64,000 nt of DNA from a virus (lineage: Duplodnaviria; Caudoviricetes). The translations under genes and the position numbers were made by a program. The stretch lies in IMG/VR virus record IMGVR_UViG_3300048881_000780; one strand, written 5' to 3'. Shown here piece by piece: positions 38,633 through 47,640 of the stretch (position 1 is its first letter; each line of letters begins with the position of its first letter). The notes below the pieces were generated by a model. The model did not search any database, had not been told where the DNA came from, and saw nothing but the letters and a program-made list of their open reading frames with translations.

Positions 38633-38839
38633 ATGAAGAAAGTTAATAAGCTGACTCAAAAATTACTTAAAATGAATAGAGAGAGGCAGACGGGTATATG
38701 TGGACAGGCCTTTACTAATTACAATTGCCTAGTTTGCGAAGATGACTTTTCTCACCCAAATACATGCACTCCTATGATCTGCCCAAATTGCACAACTGAA
38801 TTAAAAAAGGAATTAAAAGATGACGAAGATGAAAAATAA
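38633..38839 (+). CDS. small zinc-finger protein
   Basis: CLVC ... CPNC. Confidence 0.6.
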   Translation: MKKVNKLTQKLLKMNRERQTGICGQAFTNYNCLVCEDDFSHPNTCTPMICPNCTTELKKELKDDEDEK

Positions 38840-39029
38840 AGAAGAAGCTCTTTGTGAGGCATTCTATCTAATGAGACTAACTATTAATAATATTAACGAT
38901 TGTGAAGATCTACTTTCCAAAGAAATGAAAAGACTTCTTTTAGACAATAAGGATAGTTATGCTTACAAAGAATCACTAAAAATGGCAAATGATAGAGATT
39001 TTCCTCTAATCGATGAAGCATTAATTTAA
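38820..39029 (+). CDS. hypothetical protein
   Basis: Operon context. Confidence 0.5.
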   Translation: MTKMKNKEEALCEAFYLMRLTINNINDCEDLLSKEMKRLLLDNKDSYAYKESLKMANDRDFPLIDEALI

Positions 39030-39038
39030 GGACTTAAT

Positions 39039-39389
39039 ATGAATGAAGATAATACTTTTAAAATGATCACACAAGCAAGTGATGCCCTGGCAGTTTCTCC
39101 TACTGTGATACATGATTTATTAGGTTTTGACGCTGCAACTAGTGAAGAGGTAGCAAATAAGAGAGTTAGAATACTTAAGTATGTTCTAAGTATGTTTAAC
39201 CGCTTTGAAAGCGCCGAAGCAAAGTACTATGGATTAACTCATGCATATTATAAGATTGATGAAAGTGCAGAATTTGCTGACTCATTTCATTCCTTACTTA
39301 TTCAAAACGATGATCTACCAAATGAGATATTTTGGTTAGCTACCAGTAAGGCCCTAGAGTTTTACCATGCCAACATAAGGAGTTCTTAA
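39039..39389 (+). CDS. hypothetical protein
   Basis: 116 aa. Confidence 0.6.
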   Translation: MNEDNTFKMITQASDALAVSPTVIHDLLGFDAATSEEVANKRVRILKYVLSMFNRFESAEAKYYGLTHAYYKIDESAEFADSFHSLLIQNDDLPNEIFWLATSKALEFYHANIRSS

Positions 39390-39823
39390 TGAGTTTGTTT
39401 TGTATCATAGATTTCAATAACCAAAAACTACCCAAGAAAGTTCAGGTTAAAGTTGATGAAATAAACTATATAATTGATGACTTAATTAATACATCGATAG
39501 ATATAAAATGTAAGAAAGTGCGAATTGCAAGGGTCCAAGATCTAAGAAACCTTAGGATAGAGTTAAAGGAAATTAGGGATCGAGATATTAAAGAGTGGGA
39601 AGACCGAACTTTAAAAGTAGCTAAGAAGAAATGGCCTAAAGCTCATATTTATTCATATCGATTCTTTGATACGGCATGGGAAGCTTCAGCCTATAAAATT
39701 AAAGAGGGAAGAAAAGAGAAAACCATCTTTCATCATTATCACAGAAGTTTAGTTGATACCCTGAGACGATTAAGGACCATGGAAAATCATATGAGAGACA
39801 GAAGGTATAAGTTACCTCGATAG
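39389..39823 (+). CDS. hypothetical basic protein
   Basis: Coupled; AAGGAG RBS. Confidence 0.6.
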   Translation: MSLFCIIDFNNQKLPKKVQVKVDEINYIIDDLINTSIDIKCKKVRIARVQDLRNLRIELKEIRDRDIKEWEDRTLKVAKKKWPKAHIYSYRFFDTAWEASAYKIKEGRKEKTIFHHYHRSLVDTLRRLRTMENHMRDRRYKLPR

Positions 39824-39832
39824 GAGTGTTAA

Positions 39833-40222
39833 ATGAAGTATTCTGGAGAACTAACAATTCACTTTGAACAAGGTTGTGGTTCATGGCCTCAATTTCATGA
39901 TGACAGAGGTCTGAATGGAGAGAATAATGAATTTTGGAGCTGGGACCATACTATAAACTTCATAGGTAAGCTCTTTTTTAGTAATATCAAAATCTACGAT
40001 AATGATTCCAATGTCGTTTACGATGGGCCTATGACATTTAGTAAGAGTATTCACAGAAAGAATATTATTAAGATGAAGGAAAGTGATTCGGAATTCAAAT
40101 TAACTAGTTGGGATTTTTACTCTCCTACAGAATTACATCCCCTTACCTGGAAAGAATATTGTATAAAAAAGTATAGATGTGAAATTGAAACAGATTTAGT
40201 AATCGATGCATTTAAAAATTAG
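39833..40222 (+). CDS. hypothetical protein
   Basis: AGGAG RBS. Confidence 0.6.
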   Translation: MKYSGELTIHFEQGCGSWPQFHDDRGLNGENNEFWSWDHTINFIGKLFFSNIKIYDNDSNVVYDGPMTFSKSIHRKNIIKMKESDSEFKLTSWDFYSPTELHPLTWKEYCIKKYRCEIETDLVIDAFKN

Positions 40223-40271
40223 TTAGATATTCTTTTATTTCTCTACTTACTCTCTCGATTAATAATTTAAT

Positions 40272-40718
40272 TTAACCGAAGTCATTTAAGAATTCTTCAA
40301 TTTCTGATACTTTGTTCCACTTAATATCAATACCCAAAAGATCCGATGTTACAAAGAATCCTCCCATATCAACCACAAATGAGTATGCACTTTTTCTTTT
40401 GAAAATTGAATAATCGCTATCTAATTTAATCAGATCTCTAGTTTGTCTACTCGTTTCAAGAACCCCATGTTTAATATCATTTAAGAATAATTCATTTTTC
40501 TGTAATACTTCTTTATTGATATTATCTAATAACTCTTGAGATCCGATTATTTGAAAATTTATTTTCAATAACTTTTTCCCTATATGTGCACATAATCTGT
40601 AAACAGGTTTGTGGTGTCCTCCGTAACAATAGGACATATAAGCAAAGTCACTATTGCTTCCCTTAATATAACCTGGATATAAATTGAACTCTTCTTTAGT
40701 TATTATCAATAAAACCAT
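40272..40718 (-). CDS. LYPG-family protein B2
   Basis: LYPGYIKG; paralog of 41746. Confidence 0.7.
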   Translation of the reverse strand: MVLLIITKEEFNLYPGYIKGSNSDFAYMSYCYGGHHKPVYRLCAHIGKKLLKINFQIIGSQELLDNINKEVLQKNELFLNDIKHGVLETSRQTRDLIKLDSDYSIFKRKSAYSFVVDMGGFFVTSDLLGIDIKWNKVSEIEEFLNDFG

Positions 40719-41214
40719 CTTTCTTTAACTCACTCTCTAGGTAATTAAAATACTTCTGAGCATTATCAGTATTTCTAAAGTAATTATCGACTTCCCCGAC
40801 ACTACTCCAAGTAGAAGATAGCGTAAAATCTGATTGCCAGCCAACATTCTTTCCATTTACGATAATTTTACCTTGATACCAAGCTTCACAAATCAAGAAG
40901 TTATCCACGTCAGATAGCAAATCAGCAAAATCGTATGCTTCTTGTCTAGCGGTACATTTACATTCTCTTATATTTGAGAGCGTGCGAGAGTAGTCATCTT
41001 CAACTTCCCTCGGCAGAGCATCTGAAACTATTTGCTCTCCATGAGAGTAGAACTCAACTCTGTAAGATACCTTGCCCGCTTGGTAGTTAACAGCGTAAAC
41101 ATACTTTGAAGTGTTTTTTCCAATGCCAAAGGATCTTGCAATAGCAGGCCTATCTGTAGATGATCCTTTTTGGTAACCTGGATATAAATTAGGTATTTCT
41201 TCGTATATTATCAT
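40696..41214 (-). CDS. LYPG-family protein A2
   Basis: LYPGYQKG; paralog of 42249..42740. Confidence 0.7.
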   Translation of the reverse strand: MIIYEEIPNLYPGYQKGSSTDRPAIARSFGIGKNTSKYVYAVNYQAGKVSYRVEFYSHGEQIVSDALPREVEDDYSRTLSNIRECKCTARQEAYDFADLLSDVDNFLICEAWYQGKIIVNGKNVGWQSDFTLSSTWSSVGEVDNYFRNTDNAQKYFNYLESELKKDGFIDNN

Positions 41215-41221
41215 TATTAAC

Positions 41222-41713
41222 CTATATATCTAGGGCCTTAAGCCAGGAGTTAGTTATTTTATCCTTATTTAAACTTTCCAGAGCTTTTCTAACCATCATT
41301 TTTCTTTGAGAGAAAAACAGCTCCTTTTCTTGTTTAAGTGTTAGATTATTAGGAATTTTCCCTTCTATGAGTCCATGAACCATTTCATGACTTAAGGTTA
41401 TGAGTTTAGTATCTTTAACTATTTCGCAATTAAAATTAGTGAAACATAGTACTTCGTGACGAGTAGAAAGTGCCAATAACTCCTTTATGGGGAGAAACTT
41501 TGTAAACTTCTCTTTGTTTAAAGTTTTTAAATACTTTATAGACTCTAATAGTTTTTCAATATTTAGTGGGTGTCCCTCTATGAATCTTATCTCGATATCA
41601 TTGTTAAAATGATCATTTATAATTTTAGATGCTTCTAAGCGGGATTCCTCTGTATCAAAGTAGATATCACCAATAACATCTCTTTTTGATTTATGTTTTA
41701 ATAATGAATCCAC
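41222..41713 (-). CDS. NxWL-tailed protein X2
   Basis: Paralog of 42749; ends NSWLKALDI. Confidence 0.7.
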   Translation of the reverse strand: MDSLLKHKSKRDVIGDIYFDTEESRLEASKIINDHFNNDIEIRFIEGHPLNIEKLLESIKYLKTLNKEKFTKFLPIKELLALSTRHEVLCFTNFNCEIVKDTKLITLSHEMVHGLIEGKIPNNLTLKQEKELFFSQRKMMVRKALESLNKDKITNSWLKALDI

Positions 41714-41745
41714 CTTCTCTCCCGTATCTAAGAAGTTACTACTAA

Positions 41746-42252
41746 TTAAAAATCTTTTAGAAACCCAGATTGCCTCTCTTCAATCTCTTTAATAAATCTA
41801 TGTGCTCTATCTTCTTGATTAAAGAAATCTTCTATTTCTTTAACACTAGAAAATCTATACCTTATATCATCCATTTGTAATTGTTTTGCCGTTAAGTAGA
41901 AACCTCGTAAAACAACGGCCTGAAGCATATACTTTGAAGCTGTTTGAAAAATGCATTTACTACTATCAAGTTCTAATATTTTTAAAGTATCTTCTTTCGT
42001 GCTACAAGATTCATTCTTGATATTATTAAGCAACTTATGATGCTCGCTTTCAACTCTGTCGTATATAGTTTCTCTTAATCTTTGCTCTCTTTCTGCACTG
42101 AACTCAATGATAACTTCTTCATTGTTAAGATTTGTTAAAACTGTAAAAACAGGTTTAGTCACTCCGTGGGCCTTTGCAAATATGGCATTATCTAACTTAG
42201 TCCCTTTTTCATAACCAGGGTATAAATCTGTGAATTCTTTTGTAATAATCAC
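41746..42252 (-). CDS. LYPG-family protein B1
   Basis: LYPGYEKG. Confidence 0.7.
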   Translation of the reverse strand: MIITKEFTDLYPGYEKGTKLDNAIFAKAHGVTKPVFTVLTNLNNEEVIIEFSAEREQRLRETIYDRVESEHHKLLNNIKNESCSTKEDTLKILELDSSKCIFQTASKYMLQAVVLRGFYLTAKQLQMDDIRYRFSSVKEIEDFFNQEDRAHRFIKEIEERQSGFLKDF

Positions 42253-42740
42253 TCTAAATCCTCTAAGAATTGAAAGTATGAAAGGGCATTATCTTTATTT
42301 TGAAAATATTCTTCAATTTCTGCAATACTACCCCAAACTCCCTCGAGCCCCAGATCACTTTCGTATCCATGATCTTCGTCATTTATAGTTACTTTTCCTT
42401 GAAACCATGAGTTCATAGAAAATAAATCATCGCAATTATTAATTAATTCAACTAATTCACTAGTATCTTTAATGGAATTGCATTTTCACTTTCTAGCATT
42501 AGATAGAGTATTAGAGAATCTATCCTCTACTTCTTCATCTAGATAATTACTTATTCTCTGCTCTCCAGAAGAAAAGAACTTAACTTCATAGGTATTTTCA
42601 CCGAAGTTAGCACTTACTGAACAAACGTGGTTAACTCCGTCATCAAAGTATCCACAACATCTAGTTATGACATCGCTATCAGTGGGAGTCCCCTTTTTAA
42701 AACCTGGATATAGATCCTTCTTATATTTAAAAATAATCAT
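42249..42740 (-). pseudogene. LYPG-family protein A1 with a single in-frame TGA
   Basis: NARK*KCNSIKD...WFQGK...SD.....W aligns full length with 40696; TGA at 42486-42488. Confidence 0.75.
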
Positions 42741-42748
42741 ATCTATTC

Positions 42749-43195
42749 CTATTTTAAAGACTCTAGCCAACTATTGTGAACCTGAATGATTTTAAACTTT
42801 CTTTTTAGATCTCTCTTATCGAAGTGGTGCCATAATTCGATGGCCTTATCCCCATGACGCTCCATCATTTTTAAAGTCCCATTAGCGAGGTATACCTTTT
42901 TATTGTAGATATAACCTAGTGGATCCGTTAATTTTATTGGAAACCAGGTCAATTCACTTTTTACTGAGAACTCCAATAATTTTCTTATTGGTAAAGTTAA
43001 TAATTTCTCATCATTAGCGTCCATATGAGAAAGTAGTGATACTAATTTTGTAATATCTAGCGATTGATGCTCTAGAAAAGTTAATCCAATTTCTAGATGA
43101 TCTCTAATTATCTCACTAGCTCTATCTAGATCTTCAATATTGGAATATTGAATAATTCCACCCCAATGAGCTTTCTTTGGTATTTCTTTTTTCAT
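42749..43195 (-). CDS. NxWL-tailed protein X1
   Basis: AS.II.DH, L.I.KL, LPI..LL shared with 41222; ends NSWLESLK. Confidence 0.7.
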   Translation of the reverse strand: MKKEIPKKAHWGGIIQYSNIEDLDRASEIIRDHLEIGLTFLEHQSLDITKLVSLLSHMDANDEKLLTLPIRKLLEFSVKSELTWFPIKLTDPLGYIYNKKVYLANGTLKMMERHGDKAIELWHHFDKRDLKRKFKIIQVHNSWLESLK

Positions 43196-43202
43196 AATTA
43201 TA

Positions 43203-43433
43203 TTAAGAAATTACTACCATCTTAGAGATTTCGCGATCTTCATCTTCGCTCTCTTCAATGATCTTATTCACTTGTAGAGTAGACAATACTTTTAGTATCA
43301 TACTTTTAGTATCAATTTCTTCAATCTCAGAAACTACTTCTGAGCGACCATAATCGCCATAATTGTAAGAAAATCCGATTTCCGCCTCTTGATCTTCTCT
43401 TAGAAGCATTTCTACTAATTCTTTAACTTTCAT
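43203..43433 (-). CDS. hypothetical phage-type protein
   Basis: MKVKELVEML...DQEAE. Confidence 0.65.
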   Translation of the reverse strand: MKVKELVEMLLREDQEAEIGFSYNYGDYGRSEVVSEIEEIDTKSMILKVLSTLQVNKIIEESEDEDREISKMVVIS

Positions 43434-43472
43434 TAATACCTCGCTTATTCAAATTATATACTAATTTAAGAC

Positions 43473-43489
43473 ATAACACAATACGTTAA
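43473..43489. promoter_or_regulatory. TTRAC-N7-GTTAA operator (1 mismatch)
   Basis: ATAACACAATACGTTAA; same core as 18477. Confidence 0.6.
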
Positions 43490-43530
43490 AAATACTTTTA
43501 ATAGTTCTATCCTGTTGATATTATTTCTAT

Positions 43531-44523
43531 ATGTCAAAAAAAGATAAAAGAGCTATCTATAACTTAGAATTAGTCAAAAAAGTGGCCGATAAATGTACCA
43601 CTATATGTGAATTTAGGACAAGTTATCCAGGTCACTATAATTGGGCCCAAAGAAAAGGTCACTTAAAGATTGTTTGTAAAAATTTATTAAGTACAAGATT
43701 TAAAACAAAAGAATGGTCTCTACCAGCTGTTAAAAAAGAAGCTAAAAAGTATAAATCTAAAGTAGACTTTGTTAAATATTCTAGTGGTGCTTACTATTGG
43801 GCCACAAAAAATGGAAAAATAGATGAAGTTTGCAGTCATTTTAAAACTAATAATATTAAATGGAATTTAGAAATGGCTAAAGAAATTGCATCTAAGTATA
43901 AAAGCTTTAAAGATTTCAGAGAGCATGAACCAAAGTGTTTTTCATATTTTAGAAGAAAACACCCCGAAATTCTTAAATACTTTAATAAGAATGAAAATCT
44001 TTGGAATATAGAGTCTTTAAAACTTGAGGCCCAGAAGTATTCAACCAGGTTTCAGTTTCAAAAATGTGCCGGAGGTGCTTATAACTACGCAAGAAGAAAG
44101 GGGGTATTAGAAGAAGTTTGTGATCATATGGAAAGAGTCGTGCAATATCGAGAGTCAAAATTTGGAGATCGACTTAGTGATAAGATCAAATCTAAACTGA
44201 ATTCATTAGGTATTAATTTTAAATTACATAGAGAATACCATACTAGTGATGGTAAATCAGGTAGAATTGATTTTCTATTAGAACTAGAGAACATTTTAAT
44301 TCCAATTGAGGTTAAACACGATGATAGCTCATGGAGTGAACTGGAAATAAAGAGACAGTTAAAAAAGTATGACAATTATTTTCACAATGCGAGAGAAATG
44401 GTCACTCTTAAAACAATACTAGTTTCCCCTTTTGGAAGGTATGGAATACCTGAAGATGTCTTCTTGGGTCAATTGGTTGATATATGTAAGAGCAACCTCT
44501 CTGAATTTAGAGAGGCCTGTTAA
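43531..44523 (+). CDS. repeat-array protein with C-terminal PD-(D/E)xK nuclease (homing-endonuclease-like)
   Basis: About 4 repeats, then RIDF...IPIEVK ... QL.KY. Confidence 0.75.
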   Translation: MSKKDKRAIYNLELVKKVADKCTTICEFRTSYPGHYNWAQRKGHLKIVCKNLLSTRFKTKEWSLPAVKKEAKKYKSKVDFVKYSSGAYYWATKNGKIDEVCSHFKTNNIKWNLEMAKEIASKYKSFKDFREHEPKCFSYFRRKHPEILKYFNKNENLWNIESLKLEAQKYSTRFQFQKCAGGAYNYARRKGVLEEVCDHMERVVQYRESKFGDRLSDKIKSKLNSLGINFKLHREYHTSDGKSGRIDFLLELENILIPIEVKHDDSSWSELEIKRQLKKYDNYFHNAREMVTLKTILVSPFGRYGIPEDVFLGQLVDICKSNLSEFREAC

Positions 44524-44524
44524 T

Positions 44525-46348
44525 TCAGGGGGGATTATAATAGGGTCTAACATAGTAAATATATGGAGTATCACTGCGGGGAACAACTTTTAAATAGAAG
44601 ATTGAACCGTCTCCATCGGTGACTTTAAATGTAGACTGACAACCTTGGGAATTAGGTCTTCTCTTGTAAATAAATACACCTCCACCAGCGGTATAACTTT
44701 TAAATTCAAGACATTTATTAGTTTGCACGACACTAAGTTCACCATTTGAGTAGTTAGCTGTTATTGTCGCTAACCTCGTGGTCGTACTATATTGATTAAG
44801 TGGTTCGTGAGCTATTATTGCTCTAATGTGATTTATTGGGTAAGTATCAGCGTTATCACCAGATTCATCACCATCACTATCTTTAGATTCACTAGCATTG
44901 TCTGGAAAAGCATCTTCAGAATCTTTTACACCATCTTTATCTCTATCGTAGGCGATATTTGGATTATTTGGGTGATCATCTCTATTATCACCTACTCCAT
45001 CACCATCACTATCTTTGGATTCACTGGCATCATCTGGAAAAGCGTCACTATTATCACCTACTCCGTCTCCATCTCTATCTGTGCTATCATTAGCGTTATT
45101 TGGAAATAAATCACTCTTATCACCTACTCCGTCACCGTCGCTATCTTTGGACTCTCTAAAATCAAGCGGAAAAGCATCTTTTGAATCAACTACCCCATCA
45201 TTATCATCATCGTCATCAGTTAAGTTCCCAATACCATCTTTATCTGTATCAATGTAATCACTGGGATCATTGGGCATCTTATCATCTTGGTCTTTTACTC
45301 CATCACTGTCGTTATCGTGATCTAGTTTTACAAAACCAGTACAAATGGTTTTCTTTTTGCCATTACAATTATCTTCAATGGCCCATAGAGCGTTTTCAAA
45401 ACCTAGGTATCCCTGGAGAGATCTCAGACCCTTGTTGATAATATTTATATAAGTTAGCTCTAGATTAATGCTAAGGCCCGTGATAGAAAATATTGGTTCA
45501 CTGCCACATTCGCTTAAAGTATCTTTGTGACCAGGTAGGTTACCTCTAACAAAGAAACTCTTTTGATAAACTGGACCAGTTGCAAAATGAGGCGGATTCA
45601 TATTTCTTTGAGCACTTGAGTGACTCTCATTAACTTTTAAATCAATACTTTTAACGATCTTAGAGTTAAGGGCCTCAATTTTATTACCTCTTTTAATATC
45701 AAGCACTAATTTACCTAAATCTGAACACTTCTCAACACTAGAAGTTAACTCTCCACTATAAGTAGCGAAGGTAGTATTGTGTTTTATAAAATATAGTTCT
45801 GTTTCACTTTGTTTTATGATGATATTTCTACCAAAATTATTAGAGAGAAAACTTGTGAGATTAAAGCTAGTTGTATTCTTATAATCAGAATCCAGAGGGC
45901 TTTGAGTCTTTACTAGTTTTATCCCATTACTTGGATCTACATCCTCATCCAGATTTAGTAGCAACATTAAAAGACCAATATAAGTACTTCCTGCATGAGT
46001 GACATACATTTTGTGTGATATGAAATTCTCTACTTCTCTACAGGTGCTCTCATATATAAGTTTGTGTGAAATAAAGAACTTAACTTGATATCCAAGATGA
46101 CACTTAAATTGTCCATTAGCGTCTGTTGTTCCAGTTGTGTAACTTGTTGGACTAAAGGCCTTGTAATTTAAATTGGCCACTCCACCGTAAATAGTAGAGG
46201 AGATAATCTCATCTCCGTGCTTTTTGGGAAGTTCTATATTTTGATTAATTTCATTGGTGCTTCCTCCAGCAGATGAATCTTCTCCGCCTCCGCCACCACC
46301 GCAGGCAGTAATCAAAGATAACAAAATCAGCGTGTAGACAAATTTCAT
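44525..46348 (-). CDS. surface lipoprotein with thrombospondin type-3 repeats
   Basis: Lipobox LITAC-GGGG; repeated DSDGDGVGDNSDAFP. Confidence 0.85.
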   Translation of the reverse strand: MKFVYTLILLSLITACGGGGGGEDSSAGGSTNEINQNIELPKKHGDEIISSTIYGGVANLNYKAFSPTSYTTGTTDANGQFKCHLGYQVKFFISHKLIYESTCREVENFISHKMYVTHAGSTYIGLLMLLLNLDEDVDPSNGIKLVKTQSPLDSDYKNTTSFNLTSFLSNNFGRNIIIKQSETELYFIKHNTTFATYSGELTSSVEKCSDLGKLVLDIKRGNKIEALNSKIVKSIDLKVNESHSSAQRNMNPPHFATGPVYQKSFFVRGNLPGHKDTLSECGSEPIFSITGLSINLELTYINIINKGLRSLQGYLGFENALWAIEDNCNGKKKTICTGFVKLDHDNDSDGVKDQDDKMPNDPSDYIDTDKDGIGNLTDDDDDNDGVVDSKDAFPLDFRESKDSDGDGVGDKSDLFPNNANDSTDRDGDGVGDNSDAFPDDASESKDSDGDGVGDNRDDHPNNPNIAYDRDKDGVKDSEDAFPDNASESKDSDGDESGDNADTYPINHIRAIIAHEPLNQYSTTTRLATITANYSNGELSVVQTNKCLEFKSYTAGGGVFIYKRRPNSQGCQSTFKVTDGDGSIFYLKVVPRSDTPYIYYVRPYYNPP

Positions 46349-46556
46349 GGGAACACCTTTTTTATTTATAACTCTATTGTAGCTCCCTATATTAGTCACC
46401 TCAAGAAAGAGTACTAGAGTCTAATAATATGAAGAGTTTAATAGAGCTAAATAAGTCTAAGGTAAGTGAGAGTTAATAGAAAATTCTAATAGTTATAAAG
46501 TATAAATTCACAGAATTTACGGAAATACGCCTCTATTTTTTGGCATTTATAGATTT

Positions 46557-47123
46557 TTATTCTAAGTGTTCCTTAAGTAATTCTTTAAAGCCATCTTTAT
46601 CTAGATGCAAACAGTGAATCATCTCGTTACTGCTCTCTTTATTAAGGAATATGAAATCGTTTTTAAGATAGAAGTTATCAAGAAGTTCTTTCTTTTTATC
46701 TAGCTCTTTCTCGTTCTTATATTGTTCGGTTGGAGAGGATTTAAGACAGATATAGTCGCAATTAAATAAATAGGCATACTTCTTTAATTCATCAAGGGCC
46801 ATAGAGGCAATGCCATTGTCTCTAAAGGATTCTTTAATGAATAGATCTGATATAATGAGAATTTTAATATCATATTCATCGTATTCTCGTTTAAAGTATG
46901 CCCAAGTAAATTCGCAAAATGTCGAAGAATCATGATCCATAATTTCAAATAGCTCTATATCACTGGAATTTACAAGTATTCCTTTCATTTCTCCAGCATC
47001 TAGCACTTTATCATCTTCATTCATGACCGAAATATCCATATTAAAGTATTGAAAGGTAGAAAAGTCGTAACCATCTTGGTTGGGAGTAAATGTTAATTTT
47101 GGTATAATCTCAAATTTCTTCAT
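46557..47123 (-). CDS. GNAT-family acetyltransferase
   Basis: LFIKESFRDNGIAS motif A; FYLKNDF. Confidence 0.7.
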   Translation of the reverse strand: MKKFEIIPKLTFTPNQDGYDFSTFQYFNMDISVMNEDDKVLDAGEMKGILVNSSDIELFEIMDHDSSTFCEFTWAYFKREYDEYDIKILIISDLFIKESFRDNGIASMALDELKKYAYLFNCDYICLKSSPTEQYKNEKELDKKKELLDNFYLKNDFIFLNKESSNEMIHCLHLDKDGFKELLKEHLE

Positions 47124-47133
47124 ATCCTCTCCA

Positions 47134-47550
47134 TTAAAAAGTACCCATTAAAATCATAAACATAAGAGCATCTTCGGCCTCCTTGGCCTCTAGCTCTTCT
47201 TTTTTAAATTTCTCTTTTGCTCTTATTACATCTTCTCTTGTATAGATATACTTTTTATAAATTACATCAACTGGTTCCATTACCATTTCTTGGTTTTTCT
47301 CATAAATTACACTAATCTTCTCAATCTCACAGGGACCATCTAGATCTAGATGCTCGCAACTATTTTTATCATCTCTATATACGTAAAATAACCCATCTTT
47401 AAATGACACTAATTCTACATTTGTTGCGATCTTTCTACCCTCGCAGGAGAGATTATAGGAAATGTGCTCATCTGAGAATGTATCTATGTACATTTTCCAA
47501 TAGAGACCGCTAATAAATGCAAAAAACACCAAAACAAATAATTTTCTCAT
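47134..47550 (-). CDS. membrane-anchored hypothetical protein
   Basis: Start MRKLFVLV. Confidence 0.6.
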   Translation of the reverse strand: MRKLFVLVFFAFISGLYWKMYIDTFSDEHISYNLSCEGRKIATNVELVSFKDGLFYVYRDDKNSCEHLDLDGPCEIEKISVIYEKNQEMVMEPVDVIYKKYIYTREDVIRAKEKFKKEELEAKEAEDALMFMILMGTF

Positions 47551-47592
47551 AAATTCATTATCGCACAATATCAAAAAACAATAAAGTAAATA

Positions 47593-47621
47593 TTGACACA
47601 ATCCGTTAAATAATGCATAAT
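47593..47621 (+). promoter_or_regulatory. sigma70 promoter with overlapping operator
   Basis: TTGACACAATCCGTTAA; TTGACA-N17-CATAAT. Confidence 0.75.
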
Positions 47622-47640
47622 AAATGCATAGGGGAAAACC

